A DNA stretch of 64,000 bases, from positions 5,754,275 through 5,818,274 of the forward strand of contig NC_134032.1 in the NCBI RefSeq assembly GCF_964204645.1, given 5' to 3'. The notes beneath the pieces were generated by a model. It was given only the letters and a program-made list of their open reading frames with translations, was not told where the DNA came from and did no database searches. Position 1 is the stretch's first letter, and each line of letters starts with the position of its first letter. Source of the stretch: Tubulanus polymorphus. Taxonomy: Eukaryota; Animalia; Nemertea. Below, one piece after another: positions 50,344-63,325 of the stretch. The position numbers and the translations under genes were made by a program.

Positions 50344-50871
50344 CTAGGCGCTGTCCTTAGCTGAACGATCATACGGATCACGAATAACTAGTTTATCGCG
50401 GACGAAAAACGCACGCTTTCCACTGGCTTTCGCAGCCCGCAACTCTGGAAGTTTCTCGCGCCTGCGGGCTGCCCATTCCCCCGGGACTTGCTCGCTAAGC
50501 CCCAACGATGATCCGGCAAGGTTTTTCGCGGTGGAGCGCGCAAATTCGCGATCTTTGTAGTGCTCAAATTTTCCAACGATAGCACGAGGTTTTTTCAGCT
50601 GTTTCTTTTTGCTGCCCATTCGATGCGATCTCGAATTCTCGAATTCCATCGAATCGACCTTCTCCTTCGCCAATTTCAAGTCATTCACGCCTAAGTCCTT
50701 GATCAATTTCTCCGTATCCTCGATATCGCTCTCCTCGATTCCGTAAAATATGAGATTATCCCTCATACTTCGCCACTGCTGGTCTAGCAAGAGCTCGTGA
50801 TCCGATCGCAAAATCGCTTCTTGATCCGCAACTAACTGTTCTAAGTCCCTACCGTACGATAGCGCCACCAC
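50344..50871 (-). CDS. LINE ORF1 (L1-type RRM/CTD-like), 5'-truncated
   Basis: RDNLIFYGIEE...RSHRMG...PRAIVGKF...SEQVP...RR...GKRAFFVRDKLVI. Confidence 0.8.
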   Translation of the reverse strand: MVALSYGRDLEQLVADQEAILRSDHELLLDQQWRSMRDNLIFYGIEESDIEDTEKLIKDLGVNDLKLAKEKVDSMEFENSRSHRMGSKKKQLKKPRAIVGKFEHYKDREFARSTAKNLAGSSLGLSEQVPGEWAARRREKLPELRAAKASGKRAFFVRDKLVIRDPYDRSAKDSA

Positions 50872-51344
50872 AGTCGATTATTTGAATAAAAACACTTGCG
50901 CGTATCAGATTCGGCTTTCACAGAACGATCAGTGAAACTTCCCAACAATTTTAGAACTTGATTTGATTCTTTAAACTTTTCATTGAAAAGATCGATTGAG
51001 GAAATCACCTCCAATGTGAGAAGTAAAAATTCAGGATGCGAAAAACAATTTCCCGTCGAAAGTTCCTCCCTGGGAAAGATATATTCACTGTTTAAAAGCT
51101 TTACATTAATTTCAAATGAATTGCGCGAGTTGAATTATTTTGGTTTCTTAGAAATAAAATCAACTTTATTTAAATCCTTCAAAACATTTTTCTAAAAACG
51201 ACCCAGCCCGCGTTTCATGTGCATTTATCAATTCAAATGTAATTCATCAAATTTATGAAAACAAATTATTGTATAAATTTTGCAAAAAAATTAAGATCTT
51301 GTTCAATTTTATGACGCGTTGATTTCTAGATCACGTTGGTCCCC

Positions 51345-54300
51345 ACACTATGTTCCCGTCTCGACCCTTCACTTGTCTCCCTATCTTTAGTCCCATCTCG
51401 GCCCTTCACACCTGTCTCCACTCTCTAAACAGTCCCGTGGACATCATGTTCCCGTCTCGACCCTTTAAACCTGTCTCTACTCTCTAGACAGTCCCTTGGT
51501 CACTATGTTCCCGTCTCGACCCTTCAAACCTGTCTCTACTCTCTACACAGTCCCGTGGACACCATGTTCCCGTCTCGACCCTTCAAACCTGTCTCTACTC
51601 TCTAGACAGTCCCGTGGACAACATGTTCCCCGTCTCGACCCTTCACATCTGTCTCTACTCTCTACACAGTCCCGTGGACACCATGTTCCCGTCTCGACCC
51701 TTCAAACCTATCTTCACTCTCTACACAGTCCCGTGGACACCATGTTCCCGTCTCGACCCTTCACATCTGTCTCTACTCTCTACAAAGTCCCGTGGCCACT
51801 ATGTTCCCGTCTCGGCCCTTCAAACCTATCTTCACTCTCTACACAGTCCCGTGGCCACTATGTTCCCATCTCGACCCTTCAGACCTGTCTCTACTCTCTA
51901 GACAGTCCCGTGGCCACTATGTTCCCGTCTCGGCCCTTCAAACCTATCTTCACTCTCTACACATTCCCGTGGCCACTATGTTCCCGTCTCGACCCTTCAG
52001 ACCTGTCTCTACTCTCTAGACAGTCCCGTGGCCACTATGTTCCCGTCTCGACCCTTCAAACCTGTATCTACTCTCTAGACAGTCCCGTGGCCACTACGTT
52101 CCCGTCTCGACCCTTCAAACCTGTCTCTACTCTCTACACAGTCCCGTGGACTCCATGTTCCCGTCTCGACCCTTCAAATATGTCTCTACTCTCTAGACAG
52201 TCCCGTGGCCACTATGTTCCCGTCTCGACCCTTCACATCTGTCTCTACTCTCTACACAGTCCCGTGGACACCATGTTCCCGTCTCGGCCCTTCAAACCTA
52301 TCTTCACTCTCTACACAGTCCCGTGGCCACTATGTTCCCATCTCGACCCTTCAGACCTGTCTCTACTCTCTAGACAGTCCCGTGGCCACTATGTTCCCGT
52401 CTCGACCCTTCAAACCTGTCTCTACTCTCTAGACAGTCCCGTGGCCACTATGTTCCCGTCTCGACCCTTCAAACCTGTCTCTACTCTCTACACAGTCCCG
52501 TGGACACCATGTTCCCGTCTCGACCCTTCAAATCTGTCTCTACTCTCTAGACAGTCCCGTGGCCACTATGTTTCCGTCTCGACCCTTCAAACCTGTCTCT
52601 ACTCTCTAGACAGTCCCGTGGCCACTATGTTCCCGTCTCGACCCTTCAAACCTGTCTCAACTCTCTACACAGTCCCGTGGACACCATGTTCCCGTCTCGA
52701 CCCTTCAAATCTGTCTCTACTCTCCAGACAGTCCCTTGGCCACTATGTTCCCGTCTCGACCCTTCAGACCTGTCTCTACTCTCTAGACAGTCCGGTGGCC
52801 ACCATGTTCCCGTCTCGACCCTTCAAACCTGTCTCTATTCCATAGACAGTCCCGTGGACACCATGTTCCCCGTCTCGACCCTTCACATCTGTCTCTACTC
52901 TCTACACAGTCCGTGGACACCATGTTCCCGTCTCGACCCTACACATCTGTCTCTACTCTCTACAAAGTCCCGTGGCCACTATGTTCCCCGTCTCGACCCT
53001 TCACATCTGTCTCTACTCTCTACACAGTCCCGTGGACACCATGTTCCCGTCTCGGCCCTTCAAACCTATCTTTACTCTCTACACAGTCCCGTGGCCACTA
53101 TGTTCCCATCTCGACCCTTCAGACCTGTCTCTACTCTCTAGACAGTCCCGTGGCCACTATGTTCCCGTCTCGACCCTTCAAACCTGTCTCTACTCTCTAG
53201 ACAGTCCCGTGGCCACTATGTTCCCGTCTCGACCCTTCAAACCTGTCTCTACTCTCTACACAGTCCCGTGGACACCATGTTCCCGTCTCGACCCTTCAAA
53301 TCTGTCTCTACTCTCTAGACAGTCCCGTGGCCACTATGTTTCCGTCTCGACCCTTCAAACCTGTCTCTACTCTCTAGACAGTCCCGTGGCCACTATGTTC
53401 CCGTCTCGACCCTTCAAACCTGTCTCTACTCTCTACACAGTCCCGTGGACACCATGTTCCCGTCTCGACCCTTCAAATCTGTCTCTACTCTCTAGACAGT
53501 CCCGTGGCCACTATGTTTCCGTCTCGACCCTTCAAACCTGTCTCTACTCTCTACACAGTCCCGTGGCCACTATGTTCCCGTCTCGACCCTTCACATCTGT
53601 CTCTACTCTCTACAAAGTCCCGTGGCCACTATGTTCCCGTCTCGACCCTTCACATATGTCTCTACTCCCTACACAGTCCCGTGGACACCATGTTCCCGTC
53701 TCGGCCCTTCAAACCTATCTTCACTCTCTACACAGTCCGGTGGCCACTATGTTCCCGTCTCGACCCTTCAGACCTGTCTCTACTCTCTACAAAGTCCCGT
53801 GGCCACTATGTTCCCGTCTCGACCCTTCACATCTGTCTCTACTCTCTACACAGTCCCGTGGACACCATGTTCCCGTCTCGGCCCTTCAAACCTATCTTCA
53901 CTCTCTACACAGTCCGGTGGCCACTATGTTCCCGTCTCGACCCTTCACATCTGTCTCTACTCTCTACAAAGTCCCGTGGCCACTATGTTCCCGTCTCGAC
54001 CCTTCACATCTGTCTCTACTCTCTACACAGTCCCGTGGACACCATGTTCCCGTCTCGGCCCTTCAAACCTATCTTCACTCTCTACACAGTCCGGTGGGCA
54101 CTATGTTCCCGTCTCGACCCTTCAGACCTGTCTCTACTCTCTAGACAGTCCCGTGGCCACTATGTTCCCGTCTCGACCCTTCAAACCTGTCTCTACTCTC
54201 TACACAGTCCCGTGGACACCATGTTCCCGTCTCGACCCTTCACATCTGTCTCTACTCTCTACAAAGTCCCGTGGCCACTATGTTCCCGTCTCGACCCTTC

Positions 54301-57300
54301 ACATCTGTCTCTACTCTCTACACAGTCCCGTGGACACCATGTTCCCGTCTCGGCCCTTCAAACCTATCTTCACTCTCTACACAGTCCGGTGGGCACTATG
54401 TTCCCGTCTCGACCCTTCAGACCTGTCTCTACTCTCTAGACAGTCCCGTGGCCACTATGTTCCCGTCTCGACCCTTCAAACCTGTCTCTACTCTCTAGAC
54501 AGTCCCGTGGCCACTATGTTCCCGTCTCGACCCTTCACATCTGTCTCTACTCTCTACAAAGTCCCGTGGCCACTATGTTCCCGTCTCGACCCTTAACATC
54601 TGTCTCTACTCTCTACACAGTCCCGTGGACACCATGTTCCCGTCTCGGCCCTTCAAACCTATCTTCACTCTCTACACATTCCCGTGGCCACTATGTTCCC
54701 GTCTCGACCCTTCAGACCTGTCTCTACTCTCTAGACAGTCCCGTGGCCACTATGTTCCCGTCTCGACCCTTCAAACCTGTATCTACTCTCTAGACAGTCC
54801 CGTGGCCACTACGTTCCCGTCTCGACCCTTCAAACCTGTCTCTACTCTCTACACAGTCCCGTGGACACCATGTTCCCGTCTCGACCCTTCAAATATGTCT
54901 CTACTCTCTAGACAGTCCCGTGGCCACTATGTTCCCGTCTCGACCCTTCACATCTGTCTCTACTCTCTACACAGTCCCGTGGACACCATGTTCCCGTCTC
55001 GGCCCTTCAAACCTATCTTCACTCTCTACACAGTCCCGTGGCCACTATGTTCCCATCTCGACCCTTCAGACCTGTCTCTACTCTCTAGACAGTCCCGTGG
55101 CCACTATGTTCCCGTCTCGACCCTTCAAACCTGTCTCTTCTCTCTAGACAGTCCCGTGGCCACTATGTTCCCGTCTCGACCCTTCAAACCTGTCTCTACT
55201 CTCTAGACAGTCCCGTGGCCACTATGTTCCCGTCTCGACCCTTCAAACCTGTCTCTACTCTCTACACAGTCCCGTGGACACCATGTTCCCGTCTCGACCC
55301 TTCAAATCTGTCTCTACTCTCTAGACAGTCCCGTGGCCACTATGTTTCCGTCTCGACCCTTCAAACCTGTCTCTACTCTCTAGACAGTCCCGTGGCCACT
55401 ATGTTCCCGTCTCGACCCTTCAAACCTGTCTCAACTCTCTACACAGTCCCGTGGACACCATGTTCCCGTCTCGACCCTTCAAATCTGTCTCTACTCTCCA
55501 GACAGTCCCTTGGCCACTATGTTCCCGTCTCGACCCTTCAGACCTGTCTCTACTCTCTAGACAGTCCGGTGGCCACCATGTTCCCGTCTCGACCCTTCAA
55601 ACCTGTCTCTATTCCATAGACAGTCCCGTGGACACCATGTTCCCCGTCTCGACCCTTCACATCTGTCTCTACTCTCTACACAGTCCGTGGACACCATGTT
55701 CCCGTCTCGACCCTTCACATCTGTCTCTACTCTCTACAAAGTCCCGTGGCCACTATGGTTCCCGTCTCGACCCTTCACATCTGTCTCTACTCTCTATACA
55801 GTCCCGTGGACACCATGTTCCCGTCTCGGCCCTTCAAACCTATCTTCACTCTCTAGACAGTCCCGTGGCCACTATGTTCCCATCTCGACCCTTCAGACCT
55901 GTCTCTACTCTCTAGACAGTCCCGTGGCCACTATGTTCCCGTCTCGACCCTTCAAACCTGTCTCTACTCTCTAGACAGTCCCGTGGCCACTATGTTCCCG
56001 TCTCGACCCTTCACATCTGTCTCTACTCTCTACAAAGTCCCGTGGCCACTATGTTCCCGTCTCGACCCTTCACATCTGTCTCTACTCCCTACACAGTCCC
56101 GTGGACACCATGTTCCCGTCTCGGCCCTTCAAACCTATCTTCACTCTCTACACAGTCCGGTGGCCACTATGTTCCCGTCTCGACCCTTCAGACCTGTCTC
56201 TACTCTCTACAAAGTCCCGTGGCCACTATGTTCCCGTCTCGACCCTTCACATCTGTCTCTACTCTCTACACAGTCCCGTGGACACCATGTTCCCGTCTCG
56301 GCCCTTCAAACCTATCTTCACTCTCTACACAGTCCGGTGGCCACTATGTTCCCGTCTCGACCCTTCACATCTTCACTCTCTACACAGTCCGGTGGGCACT
56401 ATGTTCCCGTCTCGACCCTTCAGACCTGTCTCTACTCTCTAGACAGTCCCGTGGCCACTATGTTCCCGTCTCGACCCTTCAAACCTGTCTCTACTCTCTA
56501 CACAGTCCCGTGGACACCATGTTCCCGTCTCGACCCTTCAAATCTGTCTCTACTCTCTAGACAGTCCCGTGGCCACTATGTTTCCGTCTCGACCCTTCAA
56601 ACCTGTCTCTACTCTCTAGACAGTCCCGTGGCCACTATGTTCCCGTCTCGACCCTTCAAACCTGTCTCTACTCTCTACACAGTCCCGTGGACACCATGTT
56701 CCCGTCTCGACCCTTCAAATCTGTCTCTACTCTCTAGACAGTCCCGTGGCCACTATGTTTCCGTCTCGACCCTTCAAACCTGTCTCTACTCTCTAGACAG
56801 TCCCGTGGCCACTATGTTCCCGTCTCGACCCTTCAAACCTGTCTCTACTCTCTACACAGTCCCGTGGACACCATGTTCCCGTCTCGGCCCTTCAAACCTA
56901 TCTTCACTCTCTAGACAGTCCCGTGGCCACTATGTTCCCATCTCGACCTTTTCAGACCTGTCTCTACTCTCTAGACAGTCCCGTGGCCACTATGTTCCCG
57001 TCTCGACCCTTCAAACCTGTCTCTACTCTCTAGACAGTCCCGTGGCCACTATGTTCCCGTCTCGACCCTTCACATCTGTCTCTACTCTCTACAAAGTCCC
57101 GTGGCCACTATGTTCTCGTCTCGACCCTTCAAACCTGTCTCTACTCTCTAGACAGTCCCGTGGCCACTATGTTCCCGTCTCGACCCTTCACATCTGTCTC
57201 TACTCTCTAGACAGTCCCGTGGCCACTATGTTCCCGTCTCGACCCTTCAAACCTGTCTCTACTCTCTAGACAGTCCCGTGGTCACTATGTTCCCGTCTCG

Positions 57301-58128
57301 ACCCTTCACATCTGTCTCTACTCCCTACACAGTCCCGTGGACACCATGTTCCCGTCTCAGCCCTTCAAACCTATCTTCACTCTCTACACAGTCCGGTGGC
57401 CACTATGTTCCCGTCTCGACCCTTCAGACCTGTCTCTACTCTCTACAAAGTCCCGTGGCCACTATGTTCCCGTCTCGACCCTTCACATCTGTCTCTACTC
57501 TCTACACAGTCCCGTGGACACCATGTTCCCGTCTCGGCCCTTCAAACCTATCTTCACTCTCTACACAGTCCGGTGGCCACTATGTTCCCGTCTCGACCCT
57601 TCACATCTGTCTCTACTCTCTACAAAGTCCCGTGGCCACTATGTTCCCGTCTCGACCCTTCACATCTGTCTCTACTCTCTACACAGTCCCGTGGACACCA
57701 TGTTCCCGTCTCGGCCCTTCAAACCTATCTTCACTCTCTACACAGTCCGGTGGGCACTATGTTCCCGTCTCGACCCTTCAGACCTGTCTCTACTCTCTAG
57801 ACAGTCCCGTGGCCACTATGTTCCCGTCTCGACCCTTCAAACCTGTCTCTACTCTTTAGACAGTCCCGTGGCCACTATGTTCCCGTCTCGACCCTTCAAA
57901 CCTGTCTCTACTCTCTACACAGTCCCGTGGACACCATGTTCCCGTCTCGACCCTTCAAATCTGTCTCTACTCTCCAGACAGTCCCGTGGTTACTATGTTC
58001 CCGTCTCGACCCTTCAGCCCTGTCTCTACTCTCTAGATAGTCCCGTGGACATCATGTTCCCGTCTCGACCCTTCAAACCTGTCTCTACTCTCTACACAGT
58101 GCCGTGGACACCATGTTCCCGTCTCGAC
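51345..58128 (+). repeat. 59-bp satellite array, ~115 copies (CCACTATGTTCCCGTCTCGACCCTTCAAACCTGTCTCTACTCTCTAGACAGTCCCGTGG)
   Basis: Direct inspection; contiguous units with a small set of recurrent variants and no unique spacers. Confidence 0.98.
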
Positions 58129-58448
58129 ATTTTTAGTGGACACAGGTTTAGTGAAGCCATTAAGATGGTGGCTGCGTGTTTTCTTGTATCAAGATATTTC
58201 GATATAAGTAATGATTTGTCATTCACGATTTGTCGGGCTACAACAGGCAGAATGATAAAGAAATTCAGATGAGAATGAAAGCCTTTCGTATTGAAGACCA
58301 CGGGATTCAGCCAAGGAACATTGTACCCTAGTTATACTTCTGATATACCTACCGAATTATCGGTTATCAAAAATCTAGAATTTCGACTATTAGGACAATG
58401 TCGGTTGTAATCTTCTGGTTCCTTGAGTTCGTTCTAATGAGTTTGCAT

Positions 58449-59018
58449 TGTAATGTGTATAGCACATTGTTCCGCGGTCCCTTTCTCTATTGTCTTTTTC
58501 CTCTATTACAAACTCCGGTCCCTGGCGAGAAAGTCGACCACGAACACAGAAACCCGAAAACCAAGTGATAAAAAGGAACTCCGGATTTAAATATGATAAT
58601 ACTCAACTTTTATTCTAACAATTCAAACTTAACTTTAGTCTCAACAATTTATAAAATTCCCTACCTTTTCATTTTGAATTTTGTTACAAATCCCACACAC
58701 AAGAAGATACAATTCAACCGGATAGCCGAAAGTTATCTGTTCTATAGTCTTCTAATGCTTCCCCTGAAAATGCTTTCTAAAAGAGTCCGCTCTCTCGAGG
58801 TGCGGCCCCTTTTATACGGCTGCGTCCACACCCAAGAAAAATCCAGAACCCTGCTTGCGGCCAGCCGTAAAAGGGAACGAGCAACCAACGCAGCACCACG
58901 ACGCAGAGCGGGGGTCCTGATTCTATGACTTTTCATTCGCTGCTAACTTTAACCCGACCCTCGACGTTATGATACCTGCCGGTCTGCTCTCCTTCTCAAA
59001 CGCACCGAAGAGATTACA
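58449..59018 (-). mobile_element. Probable solo LTR
   Basis: TGTAAT...ATTACA termini; on the - strand TATAAA (~58811) is followed by AATAAA (~58608); no matching TSD found. Confidence 0.45.
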
Positions 59019-59341
59019 TATATACTATTTTTCCAACCCTCGAACTCATTTATTTTAACTTATCCAATGATTACAATTCCCACAATGAACGATATTTAAT
59101 TTTGTCTAAATAGTAATATACAATGTAAGCCGAAATATCATCTTTCTTATTTATATTCTTTATCATTATTAGTACATTCAAATTTAAACACACAAACTCT
59201 TATTAATTAAAATAATAAAACTCTCTAATATTACTCTTAAATATTACTCCTCATTATCGATTTATCAGACTAAGGGTCAGCGAGTGTTTCATAAGTTTAT
59301 TTCATAATTGCTCATTTCCACGAATTTTTCTCATGACTACA

Positions 59342-59668
59342 CATCCTCGCTTGCCATGGGTCCGGTATCACTCCCGAACTCGCTTCCACCAGCCCCCTGG
59401 CCTCACGAAGCGTGATTTCATTACTGGCGCTGTTGCGCGTGACGTCATATATCGATTTGCGAAATACTTCCTTGTTCGGTAAAACGTTCGCTGATTGGTC
59501 AATTTAACGGGAAAACCAAAAGAAGTCTACTGACGGTTTGTTACAAGCGCTGTGATTGGTACGACCGGATTCTGGTCGGCTAGTAACGACTCCAACGACT
59601 CGTGAGGTCAAGGGGTTCGGGGAACAGCTTTAGCGTAGTGGGTTCGAATCCCTTGACGGGTGAAGATG
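59342..59668. mobile_element. Full copy of the B-box MITE (opposite orientation to 34801-35126)
   Basis: CATC...GATG ends; decayed 9-bp TSD ATGACTACA / ATGAATCCA. Confidence 0.8.
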
Positions 59669-60103
59669 ATGAATCCAGCGCCGTGATTACCTTCAAATGA
59701 TTTAGAATGCTCGTCTGATACAAGTATAAATGTTTCAGACAAACAACCATTAAGGCGGATAATGTATTATCGTACATAACGAACAATGCGTGCGTTCTCC
59801 CAGGACATGCCAAGAAACCTACGTATATAAATCGTTTGATCTTTTTGAAAGTGCAATTCAGCTGCGGATCAACATATTCCTGAAAATTTCACTGAGTTCG
59901 GTTGAAAATTGTAGAAATTTTCCTTATGTGTACATGTATCAATATTCAGTCCGTCGGCATTGATTTTGTAGATTTCTCATCTTTAGCTTTTTAATCGATG
60001 AATATTCGATCAATTTTAATATTAATTTCCATCCTTTTTAAGGGCTCGTCCCACTGAGTGGAAATATTACAAGCCGATTAGATATGTCAGAGTATCCCAG
60101 AAA

Positions 60104-60202
60104 CTGTCTAGAATAGGATGTGAAGGGTCGAGGCGGGAACATAGTGGCCACGGGACTGTCTAGAGAGTAGAGACAGGTTTGAAGGGTCGAGACGGGAACA
60201 TA
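60104..60202 (-). repeat. 59-bp satellite, ~1.5 units left of the LINE
   Basis: Reverse complement of the unit. Confidence 0.9.
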
Positions 60203-62167
60203 TATATAATAAGTTTATTTCTTCACTAAAGAGATACAATACAGAAATACAGTCATCACTATTACATAAAAGAAAAGTTACAGAAAGTACTTCTACACTG
60301 TAAAGCGTAGTAAAGAAAAAGGACAAAAAGGGACCCCAAAGGGGGGTATACTTTTAATGAAAAAAAGCCTAATGCCCTGGCGGAATGGATGGACATGATG
60401 TTAAACACAAGTATGATAAGTATTAATACAATCCTATTATATGTCTTTTCAAATTCCGCTTGAATATATCGATGTTGGATGCTTGCTGAAGTTCAGTTGG
60501 AAGAGAATTCCAGACTCTAATACAATTAATGTTAGGAGAAAACATCCTGATATTGGTTCTGTAATAAGGTAAACGAAATTGATTAGAGTTACGGGTGTTG
60601 TGGGAATGAAGATCAGAAATACGAATTAAACTATTGGACAATTTGACAGGCAGCAACACATGGACAGATTTATACATCACTACAGAATTTTGGAACACAT
60701 TGATGTCTTGAAGTTTGAGTTGATACGACTTTTTGAACAGTGGAGTAGTGTGTTCTAGAAAATTTACCCCACTAGCAATGCGAATAGCGCGTTTTTGAAG
60801 CAAAATAAGGGGTCGTAACCTAGTTACATAATTAGATGCCCAGACGATATTACAGTACTGTAGATACGGAAGGATGAAACCGTTGAATAACTTGATGAGC
60901 GCGGATCTAGGAAAAATACGTCGTGCTTTTCTTAATACACCAATATTTCTGCTAACAATAGAGCACAGCTTGTTTATGTGGGAGTTCCATGTTAGGCTGT
61001 CGTCAATTATTACACCAAGGAATTTTGTTTCTCTGTTTCTAGTTATTGAAACATTACCCATTACAAGGTCGATATCATCAAGAATATTGATCTTTTTATG
61101 GAAAAGCATATAATTCGTTTTCAACAGATTAGCAGATAGCCTATTGGAGTTTAGCCAGTTAAACAGTTTAGTGAGCTCAACATTAGTATTTGATTGCAGT
61201 ATATTCAGATCGGAATGAGAGTTAATGGCAGTCGTATCGTCAGCAAATAGTAAAAAGTTTAAATTACAAGAATAAACGATGTCATTAACAAACAAAATGA
61301 ATAGCAAGGGCCCTAAGATGGAACCCTGAGTTACCCCTATAGGAATGGGACTGACATCAGATAAATAGTTCTTGAACGACACTTGCTGTAAGCGGTTAGT
61401 GAGGTAGGATTTGAACCATGAATGAGCAACCCCTCGAATTCCGTAACTATACAACTTGTCTAATAATATAGAATGATCAATAGTGTCAAATGCTTTTTTT
61501 AAATCAAGCATGATACTAACAGTAAATTTTCCATTATCTAGATTCTCAGTGATGTAATTAGTAAATGCGATTAAAGCATGTGACGTGGAGAGACCTTTTC
61601 GAAAACCGAATTGGTTACATGAGAGAATATTGTGTTTATCAATAAAAGAAGATAACCTGTTGCTAACAGCTTTTTCAAAAAGTTTTGAAAATGCTGGTAA
61701 AAGTGAAATGGGGCGGTAATTGGACACATTATTTATAACACCGGATTTATAAACAGGGACTACCCTAGCCATTTTGATACCCGATGGGACAATACCAGTA
61801 ACAAATGAATTGTTAATTACATGCATTAACGGTTTGCAAATATGCTCGATAGACTGTTTAAAAATAAACATAGGGATTTCATCCCATCCAGATGAAGTTT
61901 TGCCTATAAACTGTGAAACAATGTCATGAATTTCTATTTCAGTAACCGGAAACATAAAGAAATTATCAGATATGTTAGTTACATGTGTTTCCCTATTGGG
62001 TTCTGGTTGCGGTATATCGCTAGCAATAGAGGAGCCTATAGTACTAAAATAATCATTAAATAGATTAGCAATAGCTTTACAATTATTTATAACAGTACCA
62101 GAGGAGTCTAATAAGGCAGATGGTAATTTTGGAGGGCCCTTCAAGGCTAAGGTCTACATGATGTCCA
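60203..62167 (-). mobile_element. 5'-truncated L2/Crack-group LINE inserted in a satellite unit
   Basis: TSD CGAGACGGGAACATA at 60188-60202 and 62168-62182; 3' end AATAAA followed by (TA)n. Confidence 0.9.
60423..62144 (-). CDS. Uninterrupted RT-containing ORF2 remnant (573 aa, endonuclease missing)
   Basis: NYRPISLL, QFGFR, LDLKKAFDTIDH, GVTQGSILGPLLF, FADD, KFLGV, WNSLP. Confidence 0.93.
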   Translation of the reverse strand: MKGPPKLPSALLDSSGTVINNCKAIANLFNDYFSTIGSSIASDIPQPEPNRETHVTNISDNFFMFPVTEIEIHDIVSQFIGKTSSGWDEIPMFIFKQSIEHICKPLMHVINNSFVTGIVPSGIKMARVVPVYKSGVINNVSNYRPISLLPAFSKLFEKAVSNRLSSFIDKHNILSCNQFGFRKGLSTSHALIAFTNYITENLDNGKFTVSIMLDLKKAFDTIDHSILLDKLYSYGIRGVAHSWFKSYLTNRLQQVSFKNYLSDVSPIPIGVTQGSILGPLLFILFVNDIVYSCNLNFLLFADDTTAINSHSDLNILQSNTNVELTKLFNWLNSNRLSANLLKTNYMLFHKKINILDDIDLVMGNVSITRNRETKFLGVIIDDSLTWNSHINKLCSIVSRNIGVLRKARRIFPRSALIKLFNGFILPYLQYCNIVWASNYVTRLRPLILLQKRAIRIASGVNFLEHTTPLFKKSYQLKLQDINVFQNSVVMYKSVHVLLPVKLSNSLIRISDLHSHNTRNSNQFRLPYYRTNIRMFSPNINCIRVWNSLPTELQQASNIDIFKRNLKRHIIGLY

Positions 62168-63325
62168 CGAGACGGGAACATAGTGGCCACGGGACTGTGT
62201 AGAGAGTAGAGACAGATGTGAAGGGTCGATACGGGAACATCGTGTCCACGGGACTGTGTAGAGAGTGAAGATAGGTTTGAAGGGTCGAGACGGGATCATA
62301 GCGTCCATGGGACCGTCTAGAGAGTAGAGACAGATGTGAAGGGTCGAGACGGGAACATGGTGTCCACAGGACTGTCTAGAGAGTAGAGACAGATGTGAAG
62401 GGTCGAGACGGGAACATAGTGGCCACGGGACTGTGTAGAGAGTGAAGATAGGTTTGAAGGGTCGAGGCGGGAACATGGTGTCCACGGGACTGTGTAGAGA
62501 GTAGAGACAGATGTGAAGTTACGAGACGGGAACACGGTGTCCACCGGACTGTGTAGAGAGTAGAGACAGATGTGAAGGGTCGAGACGGGAACATGGTGTC
62601 CACGGGACTGTGTAGAGCGTAGAGACAGATGTGAAGGTTCGAGACGGGAACACGGTGTCCACCGGACTGTGTAGAGAGTAGAGACAGATGTGAAGGGTTG
62701 AGACGGGAACATGGTGTCCACGGGACTGTGTAGAGAGTAGAGACAGATGTGAAGGGTCGAGACGGGAACATGGTGGCCATGGGACTGTCTAGAGAGTAGA
62801 GACAGATGTGAAGGGTCGAGACGGGAACATGGTGTCCACGGGACTGTGTAGAGAGTGAAGATAGGTTTGAAGGGTCGAGGCGGGAACATGGTGTCCACGG
62901 GACTGTGTAGAGAGTAGAGACAGATGTGAAGTTACGAGACGGGAACACGGTGTCCACCGGACTGTGTAGAGAGTAGAGACAGATGTGAAGGGTCGAGACG
63001 GGAACATGGTGTCCACGGGACTGTGTAGAGCGTAGAGACAGATGTGAAGGTTCGAGACGGGAACACGGTGTCCACCGGACTGTGTAGAGAGTAGAGACAG
63101 ATGTGAAGGGTTGAGACGGGAACATGGTGTCCACGGGACTGTGTAGAGAGTAGAGACAGATGTGAAGGGTCGAGACGGGAACATGGTGGCCATGGGACTG
63201 TCTAGAGAGTAGAGACAGATGTGAAGGGTCGAGACGGGAACATGGTGTCCACGGGACTGTGTAGAGAGTAGAGACAGATGTGAAGGGTCGAGACGGGAAC
63301 GTAGTGGCCATGGGACTGTCTACCC
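62168..63325 (-). repeat. 59-bp satellite array, ~20 copies, inverted relative to the main array
   Basis: Reverse complement of the unit, with its own variants (GTTACGAG, GAGCGT) repeating every 413 bp. Confidence 0.97.

Larger units (their letters stand above)
43396..50871 (-). mobile_element. RTE-X-like non-LTR retrotransposon (ORF1 + APE-RT-CCHC ORF2), frameshifted and split by a Penelope insertion
   Basis: ORF1 50344-50871; APE motifs LNVCGL, LTETH, TGDFNAH, IDY, SDGH; RT GLRQGENLSP and LYADD; C-terminal CPIC..DELHFLFDC; 3' tail (TTATC)n at 43396-43412. The clade call is from motif recall. Confidence 0.85.

Noticed and set aside
51496-58272. Many long overlapping ORFs (up to 449 aa) in the satellite
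   Set aside because: By-product of a stop-poor 59-bp pyrimidine-rich unit cycling through all three frames; no coding signature.
58449-59341. Longer LTR ending at GACTACA (59341)
   Set aside because: ATGACTACA is better explained as the TSD of the adjacent MITE.
51345-63325. CRISPR-like array next to a reverse transcriptase
   Set aside because: Units are contiguous with no unique spacers, there are no cas genes, and the RTs are ordinary eukaryotic non-LTR types.
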